Below, one piece after another: positions 40,901 to 54,000 of a stretch of 64,000 nt of DNA (position 1 is the first letter of the stretch; every line of letters starts with the position of its first letter). The position numbers and the translations under genes were made by a program. The stretch is from Phoronis australis (Eukaryota; Animalia; Phoronida), in assembly GCA_002633005.1 (NCBI GenBank), contig NMRA01000073.1, forward strand, positions 186,001-250,000. The letters are read 5' to 3'. The notes below the pieces were generated by a model. It ran no database searches. It was not told the DNA's origin and saw nothing but the letters and a program-made list of their open reading frames with translations.

Positions 40901-43900
40901 TTAGCCAAATGTGTAAAGAACTATAGATTTCAAGTCAGCAAGAGAATGTATTTTCGGACATAAAGTGGGTCACATGACCATGTCTTTTCAGTTACATTTA
41001 GCAAAAAGTAAAGTGCATTGACATCAAAACAACAGTACCAAGAACATGATCAAATTTTGTTTGATATAAATGTTGAAGATGAAATCTCAAAAAAGCTGTT
41101 ACAGTTTTCTAAAGTGTTATTTGTTTGTTGTTTTGTGCAATTTTACTTTTTCACGGAAACCACAAAAGCCCTGTTTTTGATTAAAAGCCATGATTTCTGA
41201 GACATGTTATCAAGTTAGTAGTCAGATCTGGACATTTTTCTAGGATCCTGCATAGGACTAAGGACAACAGGAAGTCAACATCTTACATTCGACATCAAAC
41301 ACTGTCCGATACGAAACTGCCTCGTCTACAAGAATGTGCATTCATGTTGCTAGACTTTATTAAATCACAAAGATTTACAATTACAGGACCTAAAAGACTA
41401 AAATAGGCTGGAGTAAGTGTTCACGTTACCTGCTCCGCATATCACATTGACTCCGGTTTCCAATGCAGCTTTCTTGTAAAACAGCGGATCACGATTTATT
41501 CCGTTGGTAGTATTCTCCACAATGGTTTGCCCGCCGCTTTGCTGTAGTTCAATAACAAAATACTGTGCATTCAAGAAAAACATCGATAGCTTACACCGTA
41601 ATATGACAGTAATACGAGTGATGTCAATGCGTACACATTCCAAAAGATGAGTGAAATTGTTAAAGAATGGTGTCCTATTTTTGAAGTAGACACTACATTT
41701 CATATTTTTAGGCCTTGTTACTCCAAACTCGGGACCGGCAAAAACGGTCAAATTTGGCCAGAAACATGTCTCTTATGCGACATCGTCGACGGAATCTTCC
41801 TCAGATTGTACAACACCGCTACTTCTCATTATGTTCCAAATCTCTAAGATAGGTAGTGAAATTTTCTTTTCAATTTTTTAAGGAATTTGAAGATAGCAAG
41901 TGCATTTTATACAGATGTGCTTAAAAGCTTAGAAGTTGTAAATACATCAGTTTTAAAGAAAACAACCTTTTGGTCTTGTGCAGTAACCAACATATTTTTC
42001 TTAGAGCAAGTCACTTTTTTGACAGTCGTGGACTGTTTGAAGCGGGACTTTTATTTGGTGGCGATTTTCTAGTGAAACTAACATACTTGGTTGGGAATTT
42101 ATTAAAAAATGAATACAATCTCAAGAATTATTGAATATTGTCAAACAATGCGGTAATTAATACATTTAAGAAGCATACTGGCGAACTAGAAACAAGATCT
42201 GTATTCTGTAACAACATTCATTTAATTATGACACTTATGATAAGGAGTGGGTTGCAAACATTTGTGCAAAAACGTAAAAAATATGAACCCATAACTAAAA
42301 ATAAATTAAAGAAATTCATTACACACCTTTCCCCCTACCCAAAAATCCAGAAGTCAAGAAATTAAGATGCCAGTTTACACATAAAAGAATATTACAAATA
42401 TGACTTTTCTACAAGATAGGAGTAATCCAGCAGATAACTTTCCCTAGAGTGAGAATGTGAGGAGATGCAAATTTTCTTCCTGTGATCTACTGTTGCACCT
42501 GTGTTATAGATTTCTGGAAAACCCTGCAAACATTTTGGAAAAAAGCCCTTAACTCTCAGTACATATTTAAAATTAAGGATATTATAGATTTTTTCAATAT
42601 CCAAGTCCCATCACAAATTACTGTGTAATACTATTTATACAATTGCACTTTTCTTCGTTTATCAAACAACAAAGGTAGAAAAACTTCATATTCTTCGTAA
42701 TTTTTAACTCAAGTTACACGCGTTTATATACGCATTTCCAACAGAGACCTCGGACACAATTGTGGATAAATGTAGAGGTCTGCACGCATGTGTTTAGTTT
42801 TTATCATAGAAAAGCACACACATCAAACATTCTTTTCCATTTTATGCGTCCACATATTTATATGCCGTCATCCCCGTCCGTCCGTCAGTCCGTTCGGAGT
42901 CCGCTGCTCTATCTCTAAAATCTTTTGACGTATGTTCATGGATGGGACGGCATGAGCGAAGCTTCGGTCGGATCGGACTACCTGTGTGCGACCTAGTGGC
43001 AAGTTTAGTTTTATAAGTTTACCTCTGTATCTTCAAAGATCCTCAACGTATTTTCCTAAATTTTGGCAAAAAAGGCATCTATTAGTAAGATTACGCTATC
43101 CTCCCGTTTTCGGATGGAATCGAGGTATTTTGCGCCACCTAGTGGCCATTTTTTTGCTGTTTTCGATTGTATTTTTTGGCGTCCACCCCTCTATCAACCA
43201 AACCGCTGTGAAGATGATTGTGGTAATTGGCATGTATGTTCTTACTGTAAAGAGGACGGCTGACGATAATTTTCCGACGACTTCGACTACTGTGGCGCCT
43301 CTTAGTGATATTTTTGCGCCCATGGCGTATCTCCTAAACCGTTTGCAGGATCTTTACTAAATTTACCAAGTGTATGTATATGATGCTGACAACGGACGAC
43401 GACGACTGTCGAACGGATCTGGATACAGGATCTTTATTAAATTTAGTAAGTGTATTTATATAACGCTAACAACAGACGACGACGACGACTTTCAGACAGA
43501 TCAAACGAACACTGTGCCCCCTAGTGGCAATTTCATTTTCTTCCCTTTCCTTAGTTTTTCGGAAGTTCCTTGACAGATTTTTATGAAATTTGGTAAAAAG
43601 CTTTCTATTAAAGAAGCAATGGCATGTTCCCGTTTTCGGATGGATTTGACGTGTTTACGCCATCTAGTGACCATTTTTATTATACAAATAAATAACCCTA
43701 GAAGCACACCGTTTGCGGTGCATTCGTGGGCGCATTTCAACGCTCCATGTTGCCCTTGTTTGTTATATTACCATTTAGATATTTAGTCCATGTTTCCATT
43801 ACCCAATGTAATGTATTATATAAGAATTTGCATATCGTTTTTACAAGTGTTCGAGTTTGTATCTAGTGTATCGATGTTTCCATCGTGTTGAAGCCACTTA

Positions 43901-45403
43901 ATTCTTAACTCCTCATCATGTAAGCACGGTTTGAGTGTCTGCATTAAAGCTGAGCGAATGCCTTACTCCGCCCTCTTTTCACCGTTAAGCAACTTTTACT
44001 GCTCTTCATATTTTGACTTTACATACACTTACTCTTTACGATATCGCAAAGAATGGTTCTGAGGTGCCATACCTCAGACTAGTCCCGCGATATTGTAGGG
44101 GCAATAAATCCACAATACAAGTAAAAATTAATAAAAATAAATAAAAGAAAAACAGAAAAAGTGTGTAAAAATTTCAGCACACATACCTTGAAAAGTTTCA
44201 TTTCTTCAAGCACTGCATCTTGTTCTTCACACAACTGAAGATTCTCCTTGTGTGAGTACCTTAAAGAGTGACGTCAGAGCTGTCTTGCAGTAGAATCATT
44301 ACAATTAAGTGAATCACGTGAAACCGAGGTGTAAAACACTCTTTTTTATAAACTAATCGAAACAAAACTCAGTAATGCAATGACGGCAATGACCTTGCCT
44401 TGACATTTGTGGAATTATTTCTGTTTTATAATACTCTTACACCGACACTGATAACGCAAGAGGTTGTAATGGCACAAACGTAGTCCCATAAACAACGCCT
44501 TGCCTTTGAACATTTCCAAGTGAATTTTAGCCCAGAAAAGTAACTGGTAACCCATCCTAGTTACTTGGCTACGTCGTCATGATTTTTAACCCTGATTAAA
44601 TTTACACCATGCTTTTCTTGTAACATTAGTCATAAAAAAGCAAACCTTTCTTGACACGTGATGCAGATAACTGTTAAATCACATCACCATGGCAACTTGA
44701 GAAAACCAAGACAACTTAGGGTAATCTGAAATGTTGTGTCTGTGAGTTTGATCATGTTTCATTCTTACGGATACTGTCTTATCCATCCCAGGTTCTTCAT
44801 TTCAAATGGCAGATTGACATTGTCCGCGAACTTCTGTCTTGGAGTGTAAAAAGATACGTCAAATGTCATTGACAGGTGCTCATGGGTATGGGTGATTCCA
44901 AGCGACTCGGGCCTAACGCATCCCAGCACTGAAAGAGTGGTTTGATTCAAATGGTAACAGCAAAGCTTTGGTATGCCCATGTTGTGTGCATCGCATTCAG
45001 CGCAGATTCAAGGAGTGATCATGAGTTTTAAACAACTCTACCAGTAAACTTAAAATAACATATAGGGAGGTTCGAAGCAAGTCAGCAATACATTACTCAA
45101 TAAGAACACGTCTGCTACTTTTCATGATCTTTTAAGGTGTTTAGAGGACAGTGAGGCGGACGACAAAAAACAGAAGAGAACAAAAGAGCGTTTTGGAGAA
45201 CAGTGCATCCAACATATAGAACCAGAAAGTTTCATTTGAATCCGATCAGCTATTTTTGAGATATCATGCTCCAAAGTTAGCCAAATTCTGGACATTTTCT
45301 AGAGTGCTACATTACAAAACGAACCCTTTTGCAATAAGTATACTTGGATCAGTTCCAAAAATGTGTGCTCACCAGTTTGCACTTTGCCTTCTCTTGAAGC
45401 CAT
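37954..45403 (-). CDS. PTER: Phosphotriesterase-related protein, paralog 3 (354 aa)
   Basis: Exons 45373-45403, 44769-44928, 44187-44259, 41430-41541, 40688-40855, 40032-40196, 38395-38612, 37954-38091. Same exon sizes, frame open. Confidence 0.95.
38770..39790 (+). mobile_element. 5'-truncated degenerate LINE (CR1/L2/Crack-like ORF2 C-terminus) in PTER3 intron 6
   Basis: Frameshifted [44 protein letters not shown]...DEYHF motifs; AATAAAG tail; TSD CACACCGCTC at 38760-38769 and 39791-39800. Confidence 0.85.
42838..43760 (+). mobile_element. HINE/DINE-like element in PTER3 intron 3
   Basis: Starts TTTTATGC, (GTCC)n microsatellite, CTAGTGGC internal repeats, ends CTTGTT. Confidence 0.7.
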
Positions 45404-45639
45404 TATCCTGGAATGATAATACAGAACATTAGACGAGGTCACGCGATTTTGGCTAATTTTTTCTTACCGTCGCAGCTATTGAACTCCAGCCAGGATTACA
45501 CAGTGACACAACTTTGCTTTGTCCCGGAAGTAGAATAGCGCGTTGTTTTCTTTGACCTAGTTTTGGAATGTCAGGCACTTTTTCACAGGCCATGTATGAA
45601 ACCGATTTCAACCTTTTAAAAATTACTGGAATTGCAAGT

Positions 45640-45830
45640 CATCCTTAAGAAAGGTGATACTGCTCGGTTGAAAATTAACCCAACGAACTTGCTTCATCCA
45701 CTCGCTCCGCATGTTCTTGTCTTTAATGTCTGGATGTACGACGAACTCCGAGTGTGTAATATCAAACATCCACGGATATTTGCCCACTGTTTTTTTTTTC
45801 TGACGGAATACCAGCCCACAGCACAGCAGT
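45640..45830 (-). mobile_element. THAP-like transposon relic upstream of PTER3 ATG exon
   Basis: CCG.....HPDIKDKNMRSEWMKQVR..NFQPSS resembles a THAP core. Confidence 0.45.
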
Positions 45831-46973
45831 AATACTTCGATGACATTGGGAGGACGAATAGAGTAATGCACCCAAAACGTGTAGAATACGATAACTACAA
45901 AGCATGTGAGGAACTCCATTATGGTGCAAAATACAAATTGCCTGACGGACAGTGCGGGATTGTGGGCAAATACATCGAGATTCAATTGTCGCTGTGTAAT
46001 TGGGAACCAGGCACATTGTTGTGACGCAACTAATCCCTGGCCCAATCGCATTTCCACAGCTTGGCTTGAGGTGTCAGCTTAGCCATGGCTCAGCTAATAG
46101 CTATCCGTCTGCGCTGACTTTAAGGTTGCGAATACGACCCCTTAGAACATAAACGTGGACCAGAATAAGAGTATGATAACCGATAACAAAGGTAGGGCAT
46201 ATTAGCAAGTTTAAACACTCTCTGTTGCAATATCTAGCTCCACTGCAAGACTTTATCTGTCATAACCCACGAGTACAAATTCCCTAATCGTTGCCTTTGA
46301 GTGACCTTGGGGCACAAGACAAAACAACTAGCCAAGGTAATTAAAAACGGGAAAACGCATTGGGTCTACAATCCGAATGCGGGAACTCGGGGACTGGGTT
46401 GTTTTTTCGAAAAATTAAACAAGGATGTGCAGGTAGGCCTACCAAAGGAATTGAAAATCGCCACAAGCTACCTTCGGATCGTGCTTCAGCGACAACCTTA
46501 TCCAATTGAAGCGACGTCTCTTGCGCAACTCGTCGTTTTTACAAGCTTTAAAAAGCGCTAAGGCGCTTTAGCACTCCCTGTCCATCATCAATATTTTAGC
46601 TGAAAATGTTTCCAAAAGTTTATCATACTGCTTGATTTCATGACGAAATGTTACCGAGCAATTAAGAACGCCCACATAATTGTATTTACAATCAATGTTT
46701 AACTTCTTACACATGCAGAGATAGGAAAACACCGTCATAACAACAACTGTACCTGAATATCTGCACACTATTATTGCTTCTAGCACCGTGATTACTTTCT
46801 GTTAATCCTGTCAGTATCCCAGTATTCGGCACTTATTTCTACACAATCAGTCTTCCTGTTACAGACTGTATGTTCAACTGTAGGAGATTGAAAAGCAGCG
46901 TTCCAACCCGGCGGCTGACAGAGCACTCCCAAAACAACCACTTGTGACTTGCACCAAAGTCTGGAGTCAAAAC

Positions 46974-47335
46974 TATGGGCAGCAGAAAAGGCAAATATTA
47001 TTCAAAAATAAAAAATCAGTTCTGTTTAATCAATTCAGTCATATTTAAAACAAGAAGCAATCCTATTTTGCAAATTAAATGCGCCTGTATAAATTGAACC
47101 ATGTTTTTAAATTCAACACAATTTTAGAAATTTAGTGCTATTTTAGAAATTCAATTCCCCGACAATATTAAATTCTCAAAACAGATTCGATTTCGTTTTG
47201 CAACATATTTAGTTATGTTAATCGCCGACTGCATTGAATTCTCAGAATAGGTTCGATTGAATCTGCGAAACAGGGTTGATTTTATAAAACAGGATTGGAT
47301 TTCTAAATTAATATTTACCCTTTCGGCTGCCCATA
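46974..47335. mobile_element. MITE
   Basis: 27-bp TIR TATGGGCAGCAGAAAAGGCAAATATTA / TAATATTTACCCTTTCGGCTGCCCATA (3 mismatches). Confidence 0.85.
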
Positions 47336-50005
47336 TAAAACAGCTGCAGCGACGATAAATTCAATACACGTGTATGTATCTGCGCGCCGTCAGATATAAA
47401 TAATGACCTACTTTCAGTATAGTGAAGCAGATTGTCACCCACGTTTACAACTCAACATATTATATAACTTTTTTATTTGTCGCTATTTGTAGTAGTTTAG
47501 TTTTTCATAATATACAGATGATCTTTCATCTCATCCATATGTGTTGTGCCACTGTAAACTAGCTTCGGTACCGCTTCGCAGTTACCGCAAATGAAATGAT
47601 CTCTACTCTGGCCACGATCTCCCCTCGAAAGACCAGTGACACGTGGATGAAACAGTCCTAGTACCAACTTTAATATGCTCTATAATTTTTCAGCAAAATT
47701 GTGCGAACATTGATTGTCTTTTCTTTTGCTATTTTATCTAGTCGTATCAAATATCAAGTAATAGAAATATCAAATGCCCATAAGAATTAGTGAATGAATG
47801 GGGTGCTTCTTTGGGACTATTAGAGCACGTCATGCAATCAATCACACTTCTAAAGTCGTCGAAACTTTGGACTTACCATTTTAACTGGTTAGGATGACAG
47901 GACGCAGTTCCCTTTGAGGCTAGTGTACGGTCTGCAGATATTTGAGTGGGGCATTCCGGTAATTCACTGAATAATTGGGGCATCATATTTGCGTTCACGA
48001 GAAACACTGAGCAGGTAAGAGGCTGAGCTCGGTGGACTCATCTCCGCAGTGCTACACCGACACCCTATTTATCAGTCGGTGAGCCGTGAATGTCGGTCGA
48101 TCAACCATGTTTGTTTAAAACTCATTTCTTTTCAGGTAAAGCTCTAAAACATTACCTCTTGCAGTTGTGCTCTTAGTTTTCAGCATTCGTCAGGTTCTTA
48201 ATGATCGCCATTTTGTTCGCCCACTAACATCGCCAGCGGTGTCACGCAAGAAATGCAACGGACACGAGATCAGTAACATCAACCACACAAATTCTGCATT
48301 TTTAATTGCCAATGTGGGTTTGAGAAGTTGAGCAAAACTATGTCGGGTAAGGTGGTCAAAGTATCAACCGGTGAATGCCAAAAAAGTTTGAACGGTGTGG
48401 TGCAGGCCGATTCATTTGAAATGCAGACGATTGATTCATTAGACAATCGGTATGGAAGCTTTTCATATACTAGATCTGAGAAGGAAAACAAGATCCTTGC
48501 GAACAAGAACCAGAGAGCAGAAAGGCCCATCAATCAATTATACTGATATTTGAACTAGTCGCGCCATATTGGAATTCACAATCCCACCAGATGGCGATCA
48601 AGGGTCTTTGCTACACAGGCGTTCAACACCACCTACAGATCCCATGTAATACGGATGGGAGGTTTCAGTCTACTAGTAAGAACAGCGTTTTAACACCTGT
48701 TTATATGTAATGCTTGGAAATTTCCATTGCTGTGCGGTGAGGTGTACGGAAAAAAGGCAAACCCTTTGAAATGTCCATGGATAAAGAACATCATGTTCAT
48801 GCATTTCCCACTACGACTGAAGAAGAATCTGAGGCAACGAAGTCAGTCCCGTTGCGACTAATAAAGCGAGATTATTTCAATCCCAGCCGATGACAAAAAG
48901 GTAACTTCATCTTATTAAACAATCGGAAGGGCTCACAGTGGGATTTATCCACTGCTTTTAAATCAATGAACTAACAAGTAGTAATTGAATTATTTAGTCC
49001 AGCGACTTTGAGTAGGGATCAAGCGGAAGTCGCTATCGCGATCTCATTATTGTAGAGAACGCCAATTTCAAAAGTCCGTGTGATTGTTGGGAATTATTGC
49101 GGTGATTGTTGTATAGCTGCCGATGAGTCCGCCGCGACTTTTTTAATGCCTTGCCACCGTTGGACATGCACCTTTACCCTCAACGGCACAACCAGCTTCA
49201 CCACGCCAGTTGTATCATCTGCAGTGGCTACACATCATATCAAACTGTTACTGACATTGAAATCTTCCAACATTAACAAATGCTTGCCAAAGAAGAAACT
49301 TAATTTCATTAATTGATGACCTCATTTTATAAACAATTATCCACAACATCTTTGGTTAATCGCCCTAAAATTTCAGCAATCTTGCAATTTATTTTGATAA
49401 ATACACTTACACTTTAAATCTTAAAACAATTCTAATTTCTTTTAGACTAAGCAACTGCGTAACCCTTTGCTTCAAACAAACTGGAAGAGCTCATCAATAC
49501 AGAGTGATCAAGTAATTTATGGCTTTGATGTTTTCGCCTTAGATTTAAACAAAAAGGATACATGCTGTTGTCTTTTCCAAGGTGCTTCTTGGTCTCGTTC
49601 ATGTGGCGGTGACCTTTTTGTTTGTCAGAACCTCAACCTTTCGTTTCAATCACTCAAATCATTGATGCTAACAAGACATTTGCAAACAGTCACCCACCAC
49701 AACTACTCCAGACACATCGCCATACAATCTATCCATATTTTAATAGGGATAAATCAGCTTTAAGAACTGCTGTACACCGTTCTAAAAATAAATACGGTGC
49801 AAATTGCGTGTAGTGTTTTCGAGTGCTAATATTCCTTTCTGCCAATTCTAGTCAAAGAAACAAGTCACGCATTATTTTTACTTACTGAGCATCTTTGCTG
49901 GCAGATGAATCAAAATAAGAATTACTTTGCAACAACATTTCAATCATTTGTTGAATATGTAAAGCCGACAATGGCTCAACGTTTCCAAACATGGCTCAGA
50001 ACCTC

Positions 50006-50139
50006 TTAAACATAGTACGTCCTGACTGAACACAGCAGTAAATCCGTGTTCCGCCAATTAGAAATTAACTTCACAGCACTTGCCGCTATAAAATAGTGAC
50101 TAATTTCAGCTTCTTCTTTAGTCAGATGAGAAACGTGTT
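50006..50139 (-). CDS. Candidate terminal exon of the F-type lectin gene
   Basis: Acceptor ttttctcaagcctag, open in phase 1 to TAA (EHVSHLTKEEAE...CSVRTYYV*); no recognisable homology. Confidence 0.3.
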
Positions 50140-51068
50140 CTAGGCTTGAGAAAATCAGATAGTCATTGCAGAAAAACACAATGGTCCTTAGTGACAAGCC
50201 AAATTATTTTTTGGCATCGAGAAAAAGCATAAATATCAGTTCTTTCGAATTCGAAAAAATTACCACTAATTTGGATTATGAAAAAGTAGAGACCTATTTC
50301 TTAAGGGCAATTGGACTCAATCAAAAGTCATTGTTGATAGGAGGGCTTATTGCAGTTTTAAAGGGACATTAACAGTGAGAAAAGTGATTTCCGGATTTCC
50401 AGCAGCAACGCAGAATCGAGCCAAAAACCCCCCGTGATCACATGCTAAGGCTCCGCCTGGCTGAGCAACACCCGGTGAATATTTTAGGCGCATTTAAGTG
50501 GTGAAGTCACCGGTACTGGTTACAGCAAACGTCAGGCAGACACAAGTGAGAACTGACAATTTTGTTGTCTGGTAGCTCCTGCCACAAAGACCATAACTTC
50601 AAAGTCCGTCCTTTCCAACAATTATCAAAATGCGTTTTTGGCCGTAAAACACGGATAATCCCGGTACAAAGACAGCGAAAACCTATATTTCAGAATCAGA
50701 GGGATTCTGCCGTGCACACAGTGTGGTCGAATGGGTTCTCATGCTCTCAGTGCACAGCACGGTACTACCATGGCTAGCATAGAATCGTATGCTCAGTTTT
50801 TTTCCTCCGCACACTCTTCAAAGCATGAAACAGGGACTTTTACATAGGTTTTATGTACAAATCACCAGATTAGACCTCACCAAGTAGGTCAGACTGCTTG
50901 CTTGATGGGCAATGTGCAAATAAGTGACATTTAGGATTATATCAATGTGGCCATAGATTATAGACATGTGCTATAGTCTATGATGTAGCAGACATATATC
51001 AATTGTATGTTATCTGCTTTTTGCTATCTTTGCTGTTCCAGAATCGAAAGACTATAACTTTCATTTAC

Positions 51069-54000
51069 CTCTACCGTAAACCTCGAATTCGCACAAGACC
51101 ATCGGGTCACTCAGCGACTCAGCGAGTCTGTGAATTTCCACAACGTTGGCCGCAACTTCGTCGCAGCCAAAATGGTGTTCACGTCCATCGGCCGGTACTC
51201 CTTTTTGTATTTTACAAATATGGTCATTGACGTTATCTATAGAAGCATTCACTTGGTAGTCTCCCAAACCTCCATCGTCTGCGAAGATGAGAGAATGACA
51301 AACAGATACCTGTTTCATTCTTTACATTTTGAGAAGTGAGAAAAAAGGTAATATAACAAAAGCTCATAATATACGCATCGATTTATCAAGAACGTCACAC
51401 TGAACATACATGTATGTAGAATATTAACTTATTCAACTTCTTGGAAATCAGGCACAACAGTCATACTTGCTTTTCTTAGTACTACATAATTCACATGACG
51501 TCACACTCAGAATTTCGTTCTACATTGCTTACAACCAACAACACACCTATTGGCCCTACACCAAAGTTTTTCTGCAGTCGAATCCATTGATAGCTTTCAA
51601 AGCACCAGTGCTTATCTAAAGAAGATGAAGTTTGAAAACGATTAGGATTGGATGATTATTTTTGTAATGCTTTTTAAAATGATTGTCCGAAAAAGCACAT
51701 TTAACGATACATTAAGTTAACTTACTCCCTACAACGGTCACACTGCGTATGAAGTATCCCTGAGCGAGCTTGACCATCCAAAAGTTTTGACCCAGCGAAG
51801 GAGTTACGTGAGTACATGATCCAAGTCTGTTTCCGTCAACAGCCAAAGAAGAGTTGTAAGGAGACTGCACAGCCTTGGTCTGTGAGGTGCTTTGATAAAG
51901 TGCTACATTTTCTAGAAGAACAAAAGATCACCAATAGATTCCACGCGATTACTATGAAATAAAGAAATGATGGTTCATATTTAGAATACGCAATTTTCAT
52001 CGGCATCGATGGCCACTGCGTCGAGGACACCCAACAAGTCTACTTACATTTCAAGTGAACTTCTACTAAAAAACTATTGAGAGGACTGTTCAAGTTTCTT
52101 CACAGCTCAGTCAATCCAAGCATCTCAGACTTTCTTGTGATCGATAAGACAAGCTACATGACAAGACATTTACCTGCCACGAATTTACCAAAGGCTTCCA
52201 CTTCACAAAGTGTAAGACTCAGTTGGGCTGAAGAAAGGATTTTCAAGAATCGACCGCTGACCGTCCGATTCTGACAATATAATAAGTGGCGTTCTCCTTC
52301 GGATAACGGCCCAAGCACATGGTTGACACAGACCCGTGTGTCGAAGAATGTGAATGTATTTGAAATGATGATGGAAAAGTCTTTCACTTGAAGATTATAA
52401 CCTGAAATTATAAAACGCGAGATCAAAAGTAGAGAGGTGTGTTTGGAAGTCAAATTTAAGCACAATAATTAAACAATGCACCCACACCCCTTGAAAGTTT
52501 AGCTTGTGCCTTGACAGCACATTCTTCTTATAATAACGTGTCTCTCGAGTTTTCTTTCTGAATTCTTATAAATTTCTAGAGACGCTTATTATACAAAAAA
52601 CATTACCACGATAAAGAACTTGATTGAAAACACTGCCCACTGGAAACTGTACAGAGAGTACGGACGAAACCATGTCAAGCTGTCCAACAGAAGGTGCAGT
52701 CAGGTTTTCAATCAAGTTTACGTTTATGAAGGACTGCCACCGAACTTTTCATTATAAAGCAACAGAATTATGAACATACTTTTTTGCTCAGCATATTCAG
52801 GAGTCGTGATCGCTACGCTGGATATTTCATATATAACTTCCAAATCCATCGCCCACCAAGGACCGATTTCAACTTTTGTGGCGGCGCACGTGCCTCTATA
52901 AACATCGAAAAACACGGAGTGCACCCCGTCCACGGCGACCTCCGGGTTTGCTTTCTCATCAACAGACGATTGGTAGACGAGTTTATGAAGAGCCAGGTTA
53001 GACGTAACTGTAGCAGAATTTGGGAGAGTTGTAGACGAAATTCTAGACTAAACTGACAAAATAAAATGCTCGATCAGAACAACTATACAGCCAACATGTA
53101 CTCAACCTTTGCCTGCATTGCCACAGATCTGCTCTGCGAACTGCAACGTCACGACTGTCGTGGTTGTTATTACATTATGCCAGAATTATCGTATCATCAT
53201 TTTGCTTATGCTGGCAAACGTTTTCTTTTGCATTGTGAGTCAGAATTCCCAGAGCAAGACAGTATGCACAGTCTAAAGTGCATTTATTATCTTCCCTTGA
53301 CTATCTTAAATCACAACTTGCCAGACATTTCTAAAAGTAGTTCTACACTGCATTTTCTACCTCTGTGACCTAGGATAGTTCTATGCGGGGTGGTGCTATT
53401 CTTTTTCCTAGTCAATGATGTTTTTGTTAAATGCTACAACGTTACCTGTACGCAAAGACGCCGACATTGCCAATGCATTAGAGATAACAAGGATTAATAA
53501 AGTTTAAAAACTAAACTGTTCACCATTTAGCAAAGAATTTGTGACAGGTTACTTTGTTTTTTGACCATCTATCACCGTTTGCAACGCAAAAAAATCCAGC
53601 CATGGCAAGAAAAACAGAGAAATTACCTCGATATGGAGTTCCATAAACTTCAACTTCACATAGCTCAAGCATTTCGCCAGCTTCGCTAATGTTCAGTTGA
53701 ACAGAGACATATCGAGCGAGAATCATATGGGAAATACACCTTAGGAACTTTGTTTCTCCATCATTAAAATAACCAGAATGGTAGGCACAGACGCTTGTAT
53801 TCCCGCTGTCGTCTTCCAAAAGCACAGCGAAGTTGTTCAGCCGATAACCTGCGGGAGAATTACATGCGTTATCGTCCTCAAAACAATGCCGGAACGATTG
53901 AAAAATCTGTTTTCTACCACACACAGGAAGTTAGCAGACCAGATAATGAGGAGCTGTGCTTACACCCAAGAGCAGACCTTACCAGCTGCTTACACGTGTA

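Noticed and set aside
13565-45403. PTER copies as uncollapsed haplotypes or pseudogenes
   Set aside because: Introns are strongly diverged with private insertions, and all 8 exons keep size, frame and GT-AG in each copy.
50700-50860. PAN/apple-like exon after the lectin domains (CFEECAEEKN)
   Set aside because: In-frame stops on both sides and no credible acceptor.
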